A stretch of DNA of 38,361 bases from Frankiales bacterium (GCA_025966295.1 JAOPVD010000330.1:1-38361); one strand, 5' to 3'. Positions 24,970-35,262 are shown, numbered from the stretch's first letter. The notes: generated by a model not told the origin, from the sequence alone. Program-made: numbers and translations.

Positions 24970-26240
24970 GAGCCCTCCTGGGTCGGGACCGAGATCTCAC
25001 CACGAACGGCCTTGGCCGCGATGTCCGAGCGCCAGAAACCGCCACGCAGCGTGACCGCCTCGAGCCCGAGGTAGGCCCGGTCGCGGGCGTCGGCGAGCGA
25101 CAGCCCGGTGGCGGTCACCGACAGCACCCGGCCGCCGCTGCTGACCACCCGGTCGTCGTCGAGCGCGGTGCCGGCGTGCAGCACGGCGACCCCGTCCGGC
25201 AGGTCGCCGACCACGACGTCGTCGCCGGCGACCGGCGTACCCGGGTAGTTCTCGGCCGCGACCACCACGGTCACCGACGCGCCCGGCTTCCACTGAAGCG
25301 GCGGGTGGTTGGCGAGCTGGCCGGTGGCGCAGGCCAGCAGCAGCCCGGCCAGCGGGGTGTCCAGCAGCGCCAGCACCGACTGGGTCTCCGGGTCGCCGAA
25401 GCGGCAGTTGAACTCCACCACCTGCGGGCCGCGCGAGGTCATCGCCAGGCCGGCGTAGAGCAGCCCGCTGAACGGCGTGCCGCGGCGGCTCATCTCGTCG
25501 ATGACGGGCTGCAGCACCGAGGCCGTGACGTCCTCGACGGTGCCGGCCGGCAGCCATGGCAGCGGCGCGTAGGCGCCCATCCCGCCGGTGTTGGGGCCGG
25601 TGTCGTCGTCGCCGACCCGCTTGTGGTCCTGGGCCGGCAGCAGCGGCCGCACCGTGGTCCCGTCGGTGACCGCGAACAGCGACACCTCCGGGCCGTCGAG
25701 GAAGTCCTCGATGACGACCCTGGCACCGGCGGTGGCCAGCGCGTCACGGGCGAACACCTCCGCCGCCAGCAGGTCCTCGGTGACCAGCACGCCCTTGCCC
25801 GCCGCCAGCCCGTCGGCCTTCACCACGTACGGCGGGACGCGGGCGCTCAGGGCGGCGACCGCCTCGTCGGCGGTGTGGCAGGTGTCGGCCGCCGCGGTCG
25901 GGACCCCGGCGGCGGCCATCACCTGCTTGGCGAAGGTCTTCGAGCCCTCGATCTGGGCGGCCGGCGCGGACGGCCCGAACACCGGGATCCCGGCCGCCCG
26001 GACCGCGTCGGCGACGCCCGCGACCAGCGGCGCCTCGGGGCCGACCACGACCAGGTCGAAGCCCCGGGCGAGCGAGGCGACCGCGGTCGGGTCGAGCGGG
26101 TCGACCGGCAGCGCCTCGGCCACCTGGACGGTCCCGGCGTTGCCCGGCGCCACCGCCAGCGACGTGACCGCAGGGTCGCGCGAGAGGGCGAGCGCCAAGG
26201 CGTGCTCGCGTGCACCGGTGCCGACGACAAGGACCTTCAC
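24966..26240 (-). CDS. purD: Phosphoribosylamine-glycine ligase
   Basis: 424 aa starting from the GTG at 26240 (VKVLVVGTGAREHALA...). ATP-grasp motifs include KADGLAAGKGV, NTGGMG and EFNCRFGDPE. No SD is visible. The upstream 215 codons of the ORF are junk. Confidence 0.9.
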   Translation of the reverse strand: MKVLVVGTGAREHALALALSRDPAVTSLAVAPGNAGTVQVAEALPVDPLDPTAVASLARGFDLVVVGPEAPLVAGVADAVRAAGIPVFGPSAPAAQIEGSKTFAKQVMAAAGVPTAAADTCHTADEAVAALSARVPPYVVKADGLAAGKGVLVTEDLLAAEVFARDALATAGARVVIEDFLDGPEVSLFAVTDGTTVRPLLPAQDHKRVGDDDTGPNTGGMGAYAPLPWLPAGTVEDVTASVLQPVIDEMSRRGTPFSGLLYAGLAMTSRGPQVVEFNCRFGDPETQSVLALLDTPLAGLLLACATGQLANHPPLQWKPGASVTVVVAAENYPGTPVAGDDVVVGDLPDGVAVLHAGTALDDDRVVSSGGRVLSVTATGLSLADARDRAYLGLEAVTLRGGFWRSDIAAKAVRGEISVPTQEGS

Positions 26241-26273
26241 CCGCAGGAGGTTACTGACGGCCCGGGACGGTGC

Positions 26274-26792
26274 ATGATCACGGCCGTGGAGAGCGCGATC
26301 CTGCTGACCGTCCCGGAGGCCGAGGCCCTGGTCGGTGCCCTGCGCCAGGAGGGCGACGCGTCCGCGGCCCACGGCGTGCCGGCGCACGTCACGCTGCTCT
26401 ACCCGTTCGTGCCGGACCCGGACGTCGGCTGCGTCGAGGAGCTGCAGTTCTTCTTCGAGCGGGTCGACCCGTTCACGCTGGACTTCACGGCGGTCGGGGA
26501 GTTCCCGGAGGTGGTCTACCTGGCGCCGGAGCAGGCCGACGAGGTGCAGCACCTCATCGGGGCGCTGGTGCGGCGCTGGCCCGAGTGCCCGCCCTACAAC
26601 GGGCTGTTCGCGGACGTGGTGCCGCACCTGACGGTGGTCGACACCCCGGACGCGGCGCTGCGGGACCGCGCCCGGGCGGCCGTGGAGGCCGGCCTGCCGG
26701 TCCGCTCGACCGCCCGCGAGGCATCGCTGTGGGTGCACGACGACGCCGGCTGGCGGCAGCTCGCGGTCTTCGCGTTCGCGCCGCACGAGTAG
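26274..26792 (+). CDS. 2H phosphoesterase / 2'-5' RNA ligase family protein
   Basis: 172 aa starting from the in-frame ATG at 26274 of ORF 25176..26792. Two H-x-T motifs (HVTLLYPF and HLTVV) have the spacing typical of the 2H superfamily. Confidence 0.7.
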   Translation: MITAVESAILLTVPEAEALVGALRQEGDASAAHGVPAHVTLLYPFVPDPDVGCVEELQFFFERVDPFTLDFTAVGEFPEVVYLAPEQADEVQHLIGALVRRWPECPPYNGLFADVVPHLTVVDTPDAALRDRARAAVEAGLPVRSTAREASLWVHDDAGWRQLAVFAFAPHE

Positions 26793-26814
26793 GCCGGCGG
26801 GCGCGGCCCGGGTC

Positions 26815-28098
<1,284 letters not shown>

Positions 28099-28109
28099 AG
28101 CGCTGCTCC

Positions 28110-28148
28110 CTAGAAATACCGAAAGGCCCTCGCAAGTGCGACGGGCCT
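28110..28148 (-). promoter_or_regulatory. Terminator-like hairpin plus U-rich tract in the purA 5' leader
   Basis: Minus strand reads AGGCCC(G)TCGC-ACTT-GCGAGGGCCT followed by TTCGGTATTTCT, 12 nt before the purA ATG. An upstream CGCAAG can pair instead with the CTTGCG that spans the loop and 3' arm. A TAGACT -10-like hexamer lies at 28160-28165. Confidence 0.4.
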
Positions 28149-28181
28149 CTTGCGGAAAAAGTCTAGCCGTAAGGTCGTGGT

Positions 28182-28682
28182 GTGGCGAAGATCCCAGGTG
28201 TCGACAGCTTCGTCGGCGGCGTGCTCGCGGTCCTGCAGGCGCAGACCGAGGCGCTCGCGGCCCTCCCCGGCGCGGTGCAGTCGCTGAGCGCCGCGGTCAA
28301 GAACCTCGCCGACGCGACCGCCGGCGCCAAGGACACGATCCAGACCCTGAACCGGCTGGCGACCCGGATCGAGGGCATCGTCGAGGAGCTCGAGGAGCCG
28401 CTCAAGGCGCTGGCCCCCGGGATGACCCGGATGGCCGCCGTCCTGGACGACCCGGTCGTCAGCACCGTGCCGGAGACGCTGGCGCAGGTGCAGCGCGACA
28501 TCCTGCCGGTGCTGCGGACGCTGGCCGACACCAACGACCGGGTGGCGTTCATCGCCGGCTCCACCGAGCGGATCATGGCCTTCGTGGACGAGACCGGCCG
28601 GACGATCGCCGGCATCCCGGGCGCCGCGCTGCTCGCCCGCCGCAAGCCCGCCGTGCCGAAGCCGGCGGTCGCCGACTCCTAG
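28182..28682 (+). CDS. Hypothetical alpha-helical protein
   Basis: 166-aa ORF with a GTG start. Ala/Leu/Glu-rich, coiled-coil-like composition. Its stop overlaps the stop of the convergent DUF3151 gene. Confidence 0.6.
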   Translation: MAKIPGVDSFVGGVLAVLQAQTEALAALPGAVQSLSAAVKNLADATAGAKDTIQTLNRLATRIEGIVEELEEPLKALAPGMTRMAAVLDDPVVSTVPETLAQVQRDILPVLRTLADTNDRVAFIAGSTERIMAFVDETGRTIAGIPGAALLARRKPAVPKPAVADS

Positions 28683-29098
28683 GCCTCCAGCGCTCCCCGG
28701 GCGGCCGGGTCGGAGTCGTCCAGGAACGTCCGGATCCGGTCCGCCTCGGCGCGCTCACCGATCTCGTCGGCGGCCCGGCCGAGCGCGTAGAGCGCCCGCA
28801 GGAAGCCCTGGTTGGGGGCGTGCGCCCACGGCACCGGACCGAAGCCCTTCCAGCCGTTGCGGCGCAGCGCATCCAGGCCGCGGTGGTAGCCGACCCGGGC
28901 GTAGGCGTAGCTCTCGATGACGGCGCCGCGGCCCCAGGCCGCCTCCGCCAGCTGGGCCCAGGCCGCGCTGTGGGTCGGGTGCGCGGCCGCCACCTCGGCC
29001 GGGTCGGTGCCGGCCTCCAGCAGCTGGCGCGGCGCGGCCTCGTCGGGGAGCAGGGTCGGCGGCGGTCCGCCCAGCAGGTCCTTGCCGGTGATGCTCAT
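28679..29098 (-). CDS. DUF3151 family protein
   Basis: 139 aa starting from the ATG at 29098 (MSITGKDLLGGPPPTLLPDE...YAYARVGYHRGLDALRRNGWKG...). This is the conserved actinobacterial family usually found near fbaA/purA. Confidence 0.75.
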   Translation of the reverse strand: MSITGKDLLGGPPPTLLPDEAAPRQLLEAGTDPAEVAAAHPTHSAAWAQLAEAAWGRGAVIESYAYARVGYHRGLDALRRNGWKGFGPVPWAHAPNQGFLRALYALGRAADEIGERAEADRIRTFLDDSDPAARGALEA

Positions 29099-29166
29099 GG
29101 CGCCATGATGCCGTCCGCCGGTGCGGCCGCTCGCACGGCACCCCCGCGCGCCACCCCGGCCCTCGC

Positions 29167-29226
29167 CGATCATGGGATGAGTGCCCGCGCCGCACGCTCA
29201 GGAGATGGGCAACAGTTCCATGATCG
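29167..29226 (-). repeat. 60-bp palindromic intergenic element, copy D (same orientation as C)
   Basis: CGATCATGGGATGAGTGCCCGCGCCGCACGCTCAGGAGATGGGCAACAGTTCCATGATCG. It lies 9 nt downstream of the paiB-like stop and 69 nt upstream of the DUF3151 start. Confidence 0.9.
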
Positions 29227-29234
29227 GCGCGGGA

Positions 29235-29840
29235 TCAGGCCAGAGGGGTACGGCGGAGGAGCTGGGCCAACGCGCCCTCGTCGCCGCGGGCCTGCAGCTG
29301 GGCGGCCACCGCCGACCGGTGGGCGGCGTCCACGTTCCCGCCGTACTTGAACTTGGCCTCGGCGGACCGCACCGCCAGCCGCAGCCCGCGGATGCCGGGC
29401 AGCCGCCGCTCGTGCACCACCGGGTCGGCCACCGCCGACCCCGGCTCGAACGCGCCGAGCTGGGCCCGGAGCACCTCCAGCAGCTGCTCGCCCTCCAGCA
29501 CGGTGGCCTCGCACACCAGCGTGACGGCGGCGTAGTAAGACGTGGGGACGCCGAGGGTCGGGTCCTCGTCGCCGACCGCCTTCCACGCCGACGGCACGTA
29601 GGCCCAATCGCCGTGCACCGAGAACACCACGGTGGGGTCCTCCTCGACCGCCCGCAGCGCCGGGTTCGGCCGGGCCAGGTGCAGCAGCACCTCGCTGCCG
29701 TCCCAGATGAAGTGGGTGGGCACCACCACCGGCACCGCCCGGCCGCGGCCGGGGGCGATGAGGGTGCCGACCTGCTGGGTCCCGAGCCAGGCCCGCCACT
29801 CGTCGTCGTCGCTGGCGGCGTCCCAGGGGTGGATGAGCAC
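29235..29840 (-). CDS. FMN-binding negative transcriptional regulator (PaiB family)
   Basis: 201 aa. Contains THFIW...LHLARPNP and FKYGGN, which are PaiB-like patterns. GTG start. Confidence 0.7.
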   Translation of the reverse strand: MLIHPWDAASDDDEWRAWLGTQQVGTLIAPGRGRAVPVVVPTHFIWDGSEVLLHLARPNPALRAVEEDPTVVFSVHGDWAYVPSAWKAVGDEDPTLGVPTSYYAAVTLVCEATVLEGEQLLEVLRAQLGAFEPGSAVADPVVHERRLPGIRGLRLAVRSAEAKFKYGGNVDAAHRSAVAAQLQARGDEGALAQLLRRTPLA

Positions 29841-29849
29841 AGCCTCAGG

Positions 29850-30629
29850 CTAGGCGGCGACCCAAGCGGTTTCCTTCAGCCGCTGGGCGTCGTCGAACAG
29901 CTCGCGGATGCCGAGCCGGGCGGCCACCACGCCGGCGATCGCGACCGCGCCGAGCAGCATGTACATCACCACCACCTGGTACCGGATCGCGGTCAGCGGG
30001 TCGACGCCGGCGAGCAGCAGGCCGGTCATCGCCCCCGGCAGCGAGATGAGCCCGACCGTCTTGACCGCGTCGATGTCGGTGACCAGCGCGGTCCGCAGCG
30101 CCAGCCGCCGGTGCGGCGCGAAGGCCTCCGCCGCCGGCAGCCCGAGCGCCAGCCGGGCCTCCACGAAGCGGCGGGACGCGACGGCCTCCTCGGCCAGCCG
30201 GAGCAGCACCACCGAGGTGCCGCGGGTCGCGGCCGACACCACCATCCCGCCGACCGGCACCACGACCCGCGGCTCGGCCTGGATGACCTGCGCCGCCACC
30301 AGCAGCCCGAGGGTGGCGGTGACCCCGACCGTGATGGCGGTCGCGGCCACCCAACCGGCCCGCGGCACGCCCCTGCCGCGGCCGGCCGCGACGCGGGCCC
30401 CGACGGCCACCATCCCGACCACCCAGAGCAGCGACCCGGGCAGGCCGGTGTGGGTGAACAGCACCCCCAGCAGGGCGCCGACCGCGACCAGCTGCACGAT
30501 CGCCCGCACCGCCGCGATCGCCACCTCCCGGCCCAGGCCGAGGCCCTCGCGGACCACCACGGCCAGGCAGGCGGCGACCAGCAGCACGGAGGCGCCGACC
30601 CCCCACCAGGTGGGCACCGACGGGCTCAC
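29850..30629 (-). CDS. fetB: Iron-export ABC transporter permease FetB (YbbM/UPF0014 family)
   Basis: 259 aa, multi-TM. DAVKTVGLISLPGAMTGLLLAGVDPLTAIRYQVVVMYMLL closely parallels E. coli FetB as I recall it. The GTG overlaps the fetA stop (GTGA). Confidence 0.8.
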   Translation of the reverse strand: MSPSVPTWWGVGASVLLVAACLAVVVREGLGLGREVAIAAVRAIVQLVAVGALLGVLFTHTGLPGSLLWVVGMVAVGARVAAGRGRGVPRAGWVAATAITVGVTATLGLLVAAQVIQAEPRVVVPVGGMVVSAATRGTSVVLLRLAEEAVASRRFVEARLALGLPAAEAFAPHRRLALRTALVTDIDAVKTVGLISLPGAMTGLLLAGVDPLTAIRYQVVVMYMLLGAVAIAGVVAARLGIRELFDDAQRLKETAWVAA

Positions 30630-31291
30630 GACGCGCCCCGCAGGTAGGCCGACTCAGTCGCCGGCCCGGCCTCCACGACGTGGCCGCGGTCCAGCACCAC
30701 GACGTCGTCGGCCAGCCGGCTGGCCTGTCGCAGGTCGTGGCTGACGAGCACCGCGGACAGTCCGTCGGCGACCAGCGCCCGGACCACGCGCTCCACGGAC
30801 TGTGCCGCGACGGCGTCGAGCGCCGAGGTCGGCTCGTCGAGCAGCAGCACCTCCGGGCCGACGGCGAGCGCCCGGGCCAGGCACAGCCGCTGCGCCTCGC
30901 CGCCCGACAGCGACGCGGTGTCCCGGTCGAGCGCGATCCCGTCCAGCCCTGCGCGGCCGAGCAGCACCCGCGCCTCGTCGTCGCGGAGCGTCGGGCGTCC
31001 GACGGCCAGGTCGGCCCGCACCGTCGCGCCCAGCAGCACCGGGGCCTGCTGCACCAGCCCGACCCGGCGCCGCACCTCGAGCACGTCGTACGACGGAAGC
31101 GGGCGCCCGTGGAACAGCACCCGCCCGGAGGTGGGCTCCAGCAGCCGGTCGAGCAGCCGCAGCACGGTGGACTTGCCGGCGCCGCTGGGACCGGCGACGG
31201 CGGTGCAGCGGCCGGGCGCGAACGACGCGCTGAGGCCGTCGAGCACGGTGACGCCGCCGCGCACGACCGAGACGTTGTCCAGGACGAGCAC
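30626..31291 (-). CDS. fetA: ABC transporter ATP-binding protein FetA (YbbL-like)
   Basis: 221 aa. Walker A GPSGAGKST, signature LSGGEAQR, Walker B LLLDEPTSALD. Confidence 0.85.
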   Translation of the reverse strand: MLVLDNVSVVRGGVTVLDGLSASFAPGRCTAVAGPSGAGKSTVLRLLDRLLEPTSGRVLFHGRPLPSYDVLEVRRRVGLVQQAPVLLGATVRADLAVGRPTLRDDEARVLLGRAGLDGIALDRDTASLSGGEAQRLCLARALAVGPEVLLLDEPTSALDAVAAQSVERVVRALVADGLSAVLVSHDLRQASRLADDVVVLDRGHVVEAGPATESAYLRGAS

Positions 31292-31306
31292 GTGGACATC
31301 ATGCGC

Positions 31307-31337
31307 GAGGGCCGGCCCCCGTGGGGAGCCGGCCCTC
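31307..31337 (-). terminator. GC-rich hairpin downstream of the M6 protease gene
   Basis: GAGGGCCGGCCCC..GGGG(A)GCCGGCCCTC, a stem of about 14 bp with one bulge, 13 nt after the stop. No T-tract. Confidence 0.45.
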
Positions 31338-31349
31338 GGGCAGGTCGGG

Positions 31350-34300
31350 CTAGGCGGTGCGCAGGCGCCGCACCAGCACGGCCGCGCCGGTCAGCACCAT
31401 CAGTGCCAGTGCCGGGGCGCCGAGGCCACCGGTGGCGGCCAGCCCGTCCCTGGCCGGGGCCTGCGGCTTGGCGCCCGGTCCGGTCGGCAGCCCCGGGCCA
31501 CCGATCGGCTGCGCCACCGCGGACTCGGAGGCGAAGCCGTAGTTGAACTTCGCGCAGCCGCCGGCGGTCGTGAAGGTCACGTCCGCCACCAGGTCGTAGG
31601 CGTCCGCCGTGTTGCCGGTGTCGCCGTCGAGCGCGCTGACGTCGAGCTTCAGACAGTCGTGGTCGAAGACCCAGGGCTGGGCGCCGTCGCCGTCCGCGTC
31701 CTTGCTCTTGTCACGGGTCGGCTCGCTGTAGTTGTCGATGTGCGGCTTGCCCTTGGCGTCGCTGTACGACGAGCCCTCCCGGAAGGTGGCGTCGTTGAGG
31801 TCCGGGGTGTCGGACTCCGCCGTCGGCTTGCTGTCCAGCGGGGTCTGCGCCGGTGGGTTGTCGGTGCCGACGTTGCCGTAGCCGTGCGCCTCGTCGGTGT
31901 AGGTCAGCAGCACGCCGGGCTGGAACGCGGTCGGACCGCGGTCGGACTCACCGCGACCGTCCACGTCGAAGCCGGACCGGTCGCGCAGCTCGAGCAGGTA
32001 GGCGTGCTCCTGCGACGACGGGACACCGGCCTCGAGGTAGCTCCAGCCCTCGGTGCAGGTACCGCCCGAGACCGAGAGGTCCTCCTTGCAGCCACCGGGG
32101 TAGACGGCCGGGTCGTTCGGGCCGCCCTTGCCGTTCTCGAAGTCGCTGCTGAACAGCACCTTCTCGGCGCCGCCCACCGTCGCGACGATCTTGAGGTCGT
32201 CGATGATCCAGCCGAGCCGGGCCAGGCCCGGGTCGGTCGCGTAGCTCAGGCGCAGCGTGCTGCCCTTCTTGCCGGCCAGCGAGCTCAGGTCGTAGCTGTC
32301 GGCCACGAACGTCGGCGCCGGGTACCGGCCGGCGACCCGGTCGACCGCCTGCGTGTTGGCGGCGTAGGAGCCGCTGGTGCCGGTGAGGGCGTTGCCGAAC
32401 TTCTGCAGGCAGGAGTTGGCGTTCGGGTTCTGCGTCGCCGGCGTGCTGTAGCCGTTGGCCGACGCCACCGAGGCGTAGGTGACCTTGCCGGCCTCGTCCG
32501 GCGTGCCGGTCAGCACGAAGCCGTAGTCGTAGTCCCACTCGATGTCCCACAGGCTCTTGAACGAGGCCGTGATCTTCGTGCCGGCCGGCAGGTCGCCGAG
32601 GCCGGGGATGACGAAGTCGAGGTTGTGAGCACCGGTCGGCACGCAGCCGAAGTCGTTGCCCTGCCGGGAGTACCAGACCCGCTTGCCGGAGGCACCGGAC
32701 TTGATGACGGCCGGGTCGACCAGCTGGCGACCGGGCAGGGCCACCGCGTAGGTCTGGCCGTTGTGGATGCCGTAGTCGCCCTTCTTGGCCGACAGCGTGT
32801 AGGGCTTGCCGTCCGGGGTGACCCAGTGGATGAGGCCGGTGTCGCGCTTGGTGTCGTGCCAGCCCTTGACCTTCTTGGTGCCGGTCGGCAGCACCTCGGG
32901 CACCACCCAGCCGAGTTCCTTCTTGGCGATGACGTCCATGTTCTGCGACTTGTCGGTCGCCATCAGGGTGAAGTCGCCGTAGGTCTCGCGGCTGCCGGTG
33001 GAGTAGTAGTCCGGCAGGCCGAGCGAGTGGCCGTACTCGTGGGAGATGACCGAGGCGAACTCGATCGCCGTCTCCGGGTTGACGTTGTACGGGCCGACCC
33101 GGACGTAGACCACGAGGTCCCTGCCCATGTCCCTGGTCGTCTTGGTCGTGTACGACGTGTCGGTGTACCAGAGCGGCTGGCCCTCGAGGTCCTTGAGCTG
33201 GTCCTTGGAGATGTAGCCGGTCAGGCCGGTCTTCGGGTCGGTGTAGCTGTGCTCGAGCGAGGAGGAGTGCGGCCAGATGTTGTCGTTGGAGACCTCCTGG
33301 CAGTCCGCGGCGACCGACAGCTGGCTCGCGCCGTTGCCGCCGCAGCCCTGGAAGACGACCTCGAAGAAGTCCACGACGCCGTCCTTGTCGGTGTCGTAGT
33401 CGCTGTAGTCGATGTCGGGGTCGGCCACGACGGCCGCGTCGTACGCCGCCTTGGCGGCCGGCCCGCAGCCCGAGTCGATGCTCTGCAGCGCCCCGACGCC
33501 GGCGACCGCGCCGACCAGCGCCGAGCCGTTGGCGTCCGCGCCGTAGTAGTTGCGCATGCCGGGCAGCTGGTACCAGCCGTCGGTGATGCGCTTGGTGTAG
33601 GTGGCCAGCGGCGCGCCGTCCTGCGGGTCCACCGTGGTGGTGCCCGTGCAGCTGTTGGTCTGCGCCGGGTCCGGCTTCGAGAAGTGCAGCGGCTCCGGCT
33701 CGCGGCTGTAGTCGCGGTCCTTCAGGGCCACCGACGGGATGGTGGCGTGCGGGAACAGCTGCCCGTAGCTCATCTCCTGGAACAGGTTGAACGTCGAGGC
33801 CTTGTTCGCGGGGTCGTTGATGACCTTGTCGAGGTCGGCCGAGGACGCGGTGTGCTTGAAGTCGGCGAAGTCGACCGGCACCACCGGGAACGGCCGGTCG
33901 CCGTAGCGGGCGGTCTCGTAGCCGCCGGACGGCGGGATCACCTTGGGGCCGTGGCTGGCGAAGCGTCCGGTCATCGAGCCGACCGTGATGCTCGCGACGC
34001 TCGAGATGTTGCGCCACACGACGGTGGGCTCCTCGGCGAAGGTGTCGGCGGCCGCCTCCAGGACCAGGACCGCCCGGCTGCCCGCGGCCAGCGCCGGCAG
34101 CGTCCAGGTGACCAGGCCGGAGCTGGCCTTCGCCGTCCCCTGCGTCGGGCGGGCCGCGAGCCACTCCATGCCCCGCGTCTTGGGCAGCCGGACGGTGACG
34201 GGCTTGGCCCCCGCCGTGGTGTTGGTGATCAGCAGGCGCGACGGGTAGCTCTCGCCGGGCTTGACCCAGCCCAGGCTCGACACGAAGGAGTTCTCGACCC

Positions 34301-34463
34301 GCAGGCCGGCGACCGTGCCGACACTCGGGAGGGCGGCCGGCACCTGCGCGCCGGGCGCCTGGGGCAGCGCCGCCTGCGCGGTCGAGGTGCCCAGCAGGGC
34401 AAGGGGGGCGAGCAGGGCGGCGGCGACGAGCGCGCTCAGGCGCACACGTCGAGGGGCGTTCAT
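31350..34463 (-). CDS. Secreted M6-family (immune inhibitor A-like) zinc metalloprotease, LAxTG cell-wall anchored
   Basis: 1037 aa. Signal peptide ...LLGTSTAQA-AL. Zinc site SHEYGHSLGLPDYY (HExxH...D, M6-like). The C-terminus is LAATG plus the hydrophobic GLGAPALALMVLTGAAVLV plus RRLR. Confidence 0.85.
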   Translation of the reverse strand: MNAPRRVRLSALVAAALLAPLALLGTSTAQAALPQAPGAQVPAALPSVGTVAGLRVENSFVSSLGWVKPGESYPSRLLITNTTAGAKPVTVRLPKTRGMEWLAARPTQGTAKASSGLVTWTLPALAAGSRAVLVLEAAADTFAEEPTVVWRNISSVASITVGSMTGRFASHGPKVIPPSGGYETARYGDRPFPVVPVDFADFKHTASSADLDKVINDPANKASTFNLFQEMSYGQLFPHATIPSVALKDRDYSREPEPLHFSKPDPAQTNSCTGTTTVDPQDGAPLATYTKRITDGWYQLPGMRNYYGADANGSALVGAVAGVGALQSIDSGCGPAAKAAYDAAVVADPDIDYSDYDTDKDGVVDFFEVVFQGCGGNGASQLSVAADCQEVSNDNIWPHSSSLEHSYTDPKTGLTGYISKDQLKDLEGQPLWYTDTSYTTKTTRDMGRDLVVYVRVGPYNVNPETAIEFASVISHEYGHSLGLPDYYSTGSRETYGDFTLMATDKSQNMDVIAKKELGWVVPEVLPTGTKKVKGWHDTKRDTGLIHWVTPDGKPYTLSAKKGDYGIHNGQTYAVALPGRQLVDPAVIKSGASGKRVWYSRQGNDFGCVPTGAHNLDFVIPGLGDLPAGTKITASFKSLWDIEWDYDYGFVLTGTPDEAGKVTYASVASANGYSTPATQNPNANSCLQKFGNALTGTSGSYAANTQAVDRVAGRYPAPTFVADSYDLSSLAGKKGSTLRLSYATDPGLARLGWIIDDLKIVATVGGAEKVLFSSDFENGKGGPNDPAVYPGGCKEDLSVSGGTCTEGWSYLEAGVPSSQEHAYLLELRDRSGFDVDGRGESDRGPTAFQPGVLLTYTDEAHGYGNVGTDNPPAQTPLDSKPTAESDTPDLNDATFREGSSYSDAKGKPHIDNYSEPTRDKSKDADGDGAQPWVFDHDCLKLDVSALDGDTGNTADAYDLVADVTFTTAGGCAKFNYGFASESAVAQPIGGPGLPTGPGAKPQAPARDGLAATGGLGAPALALMVLTGAAVLVRRLRTA

Positions 34464-34573
34464 GCGGAGGGCTCCCGGGAGTCGACAGCGAGGGGTTTGG
34501 GCCCACTTCGACGTCCGATGTCAGGTTCCTGTCAGCCCACCGAGCGACTTACGTCACCCGGGGCTCCCAGGCG

Positions 34574-35248
34574 TCAGGAGACCCGCAGCTGCCAGGCGGC
34601 GTTCCAGACCTTCTGGTCCACGACGCCCGGGGTGGTCTTGAGGCCCTTCTCGGCCGCGAACCGGGCCGCGACGTGCGCGCTCTTCGGGCCGTAGCGGCCG
34701 TCGACCTTGATGTCCCAGCCGCGCGCGGCCATCCGGGCCTGCCAGGCCCGGACGTCATCCCGGGTCTGCTTGACCAGCTTGGTGGTCAGCGCGGTGCCCG
34801 CGAAGGCCGGCGTCGCGGTGGGACGGCTGGCCTTGGCGATCGTGACCCGGTGCGACCGCGAGGCGCGGGCCGCCTCGACCCGGTCGTCACCGAGACCCAG
34901 CCTGCGGGCGCAGGCCGGCCAGGGCTGCCAGCCGCGGGCCGCCTGCAGCCGCTGTGCGGCGGCGTCCTGCGTCGCCGGCCGGGCGTCGGAGGGCTTGCCG
35001 GTGTAGCCGAGCCCGCGCCAGGTGCGCAGGTCGAACTGGTAGGCGCCGTAGTAGCCGTTGCCGGTGTTGATGGCGTAGTTGCCGCCGCTCTCGCACATCC
35101 GCAGCCGGGCGAAGTCGTCCTCGGCGGCAGCGCTGGCCGGCGTCGCCAGGGCGGCGCCGAACGTCGCCGTCAGCCCGCCCGCGGCGAGCGCCGGGGCGGT
35201 CTTGCTGGGCTTGGCGTGACGGGGCTTGCGTGCGCGCAGCAGCGACAC
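34574..35248 (-). CDS. rpf: Resuscitation-promoting factor (Rpf transglycosylase domain) with C-terminal peptidoglycan-binding domain
   Basis: GTG at 35248 lies just after the riboswitch, with AAGGA upstream. Signal peptide ...ALATPASA-AAE. The Rpf motif is CESGGNYAINTGNGYYGAYQFDLRTW...WPAC. The C-terminal PG_binding_1-like segment reads VRAWQARMAARGWDIKVDGRYGPKS. Confidence 0.85.
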   Translation of the reverse strand: MSLLRARKPRHAKPSKTAPALAAGGLTATFGAALATPASAAAEDDFARLRMCESGGNYAINTGNGYYGAYQFDLRTWRGLGYTGKPSDARPATQDAAAQRLQAARGWQPWPACARRLGLGDDRVEAARASRSHRVTIAKASRPTATPAFAGTALTTKLVKQTRDDVRAWQARMAARGWDIKVDGRYGPKSAHVAARFAAEKGLKTTPGVVDQKVWNAAWQLRVS

Positions 35249-35262
35249 CGAGCAGTCCTTGT

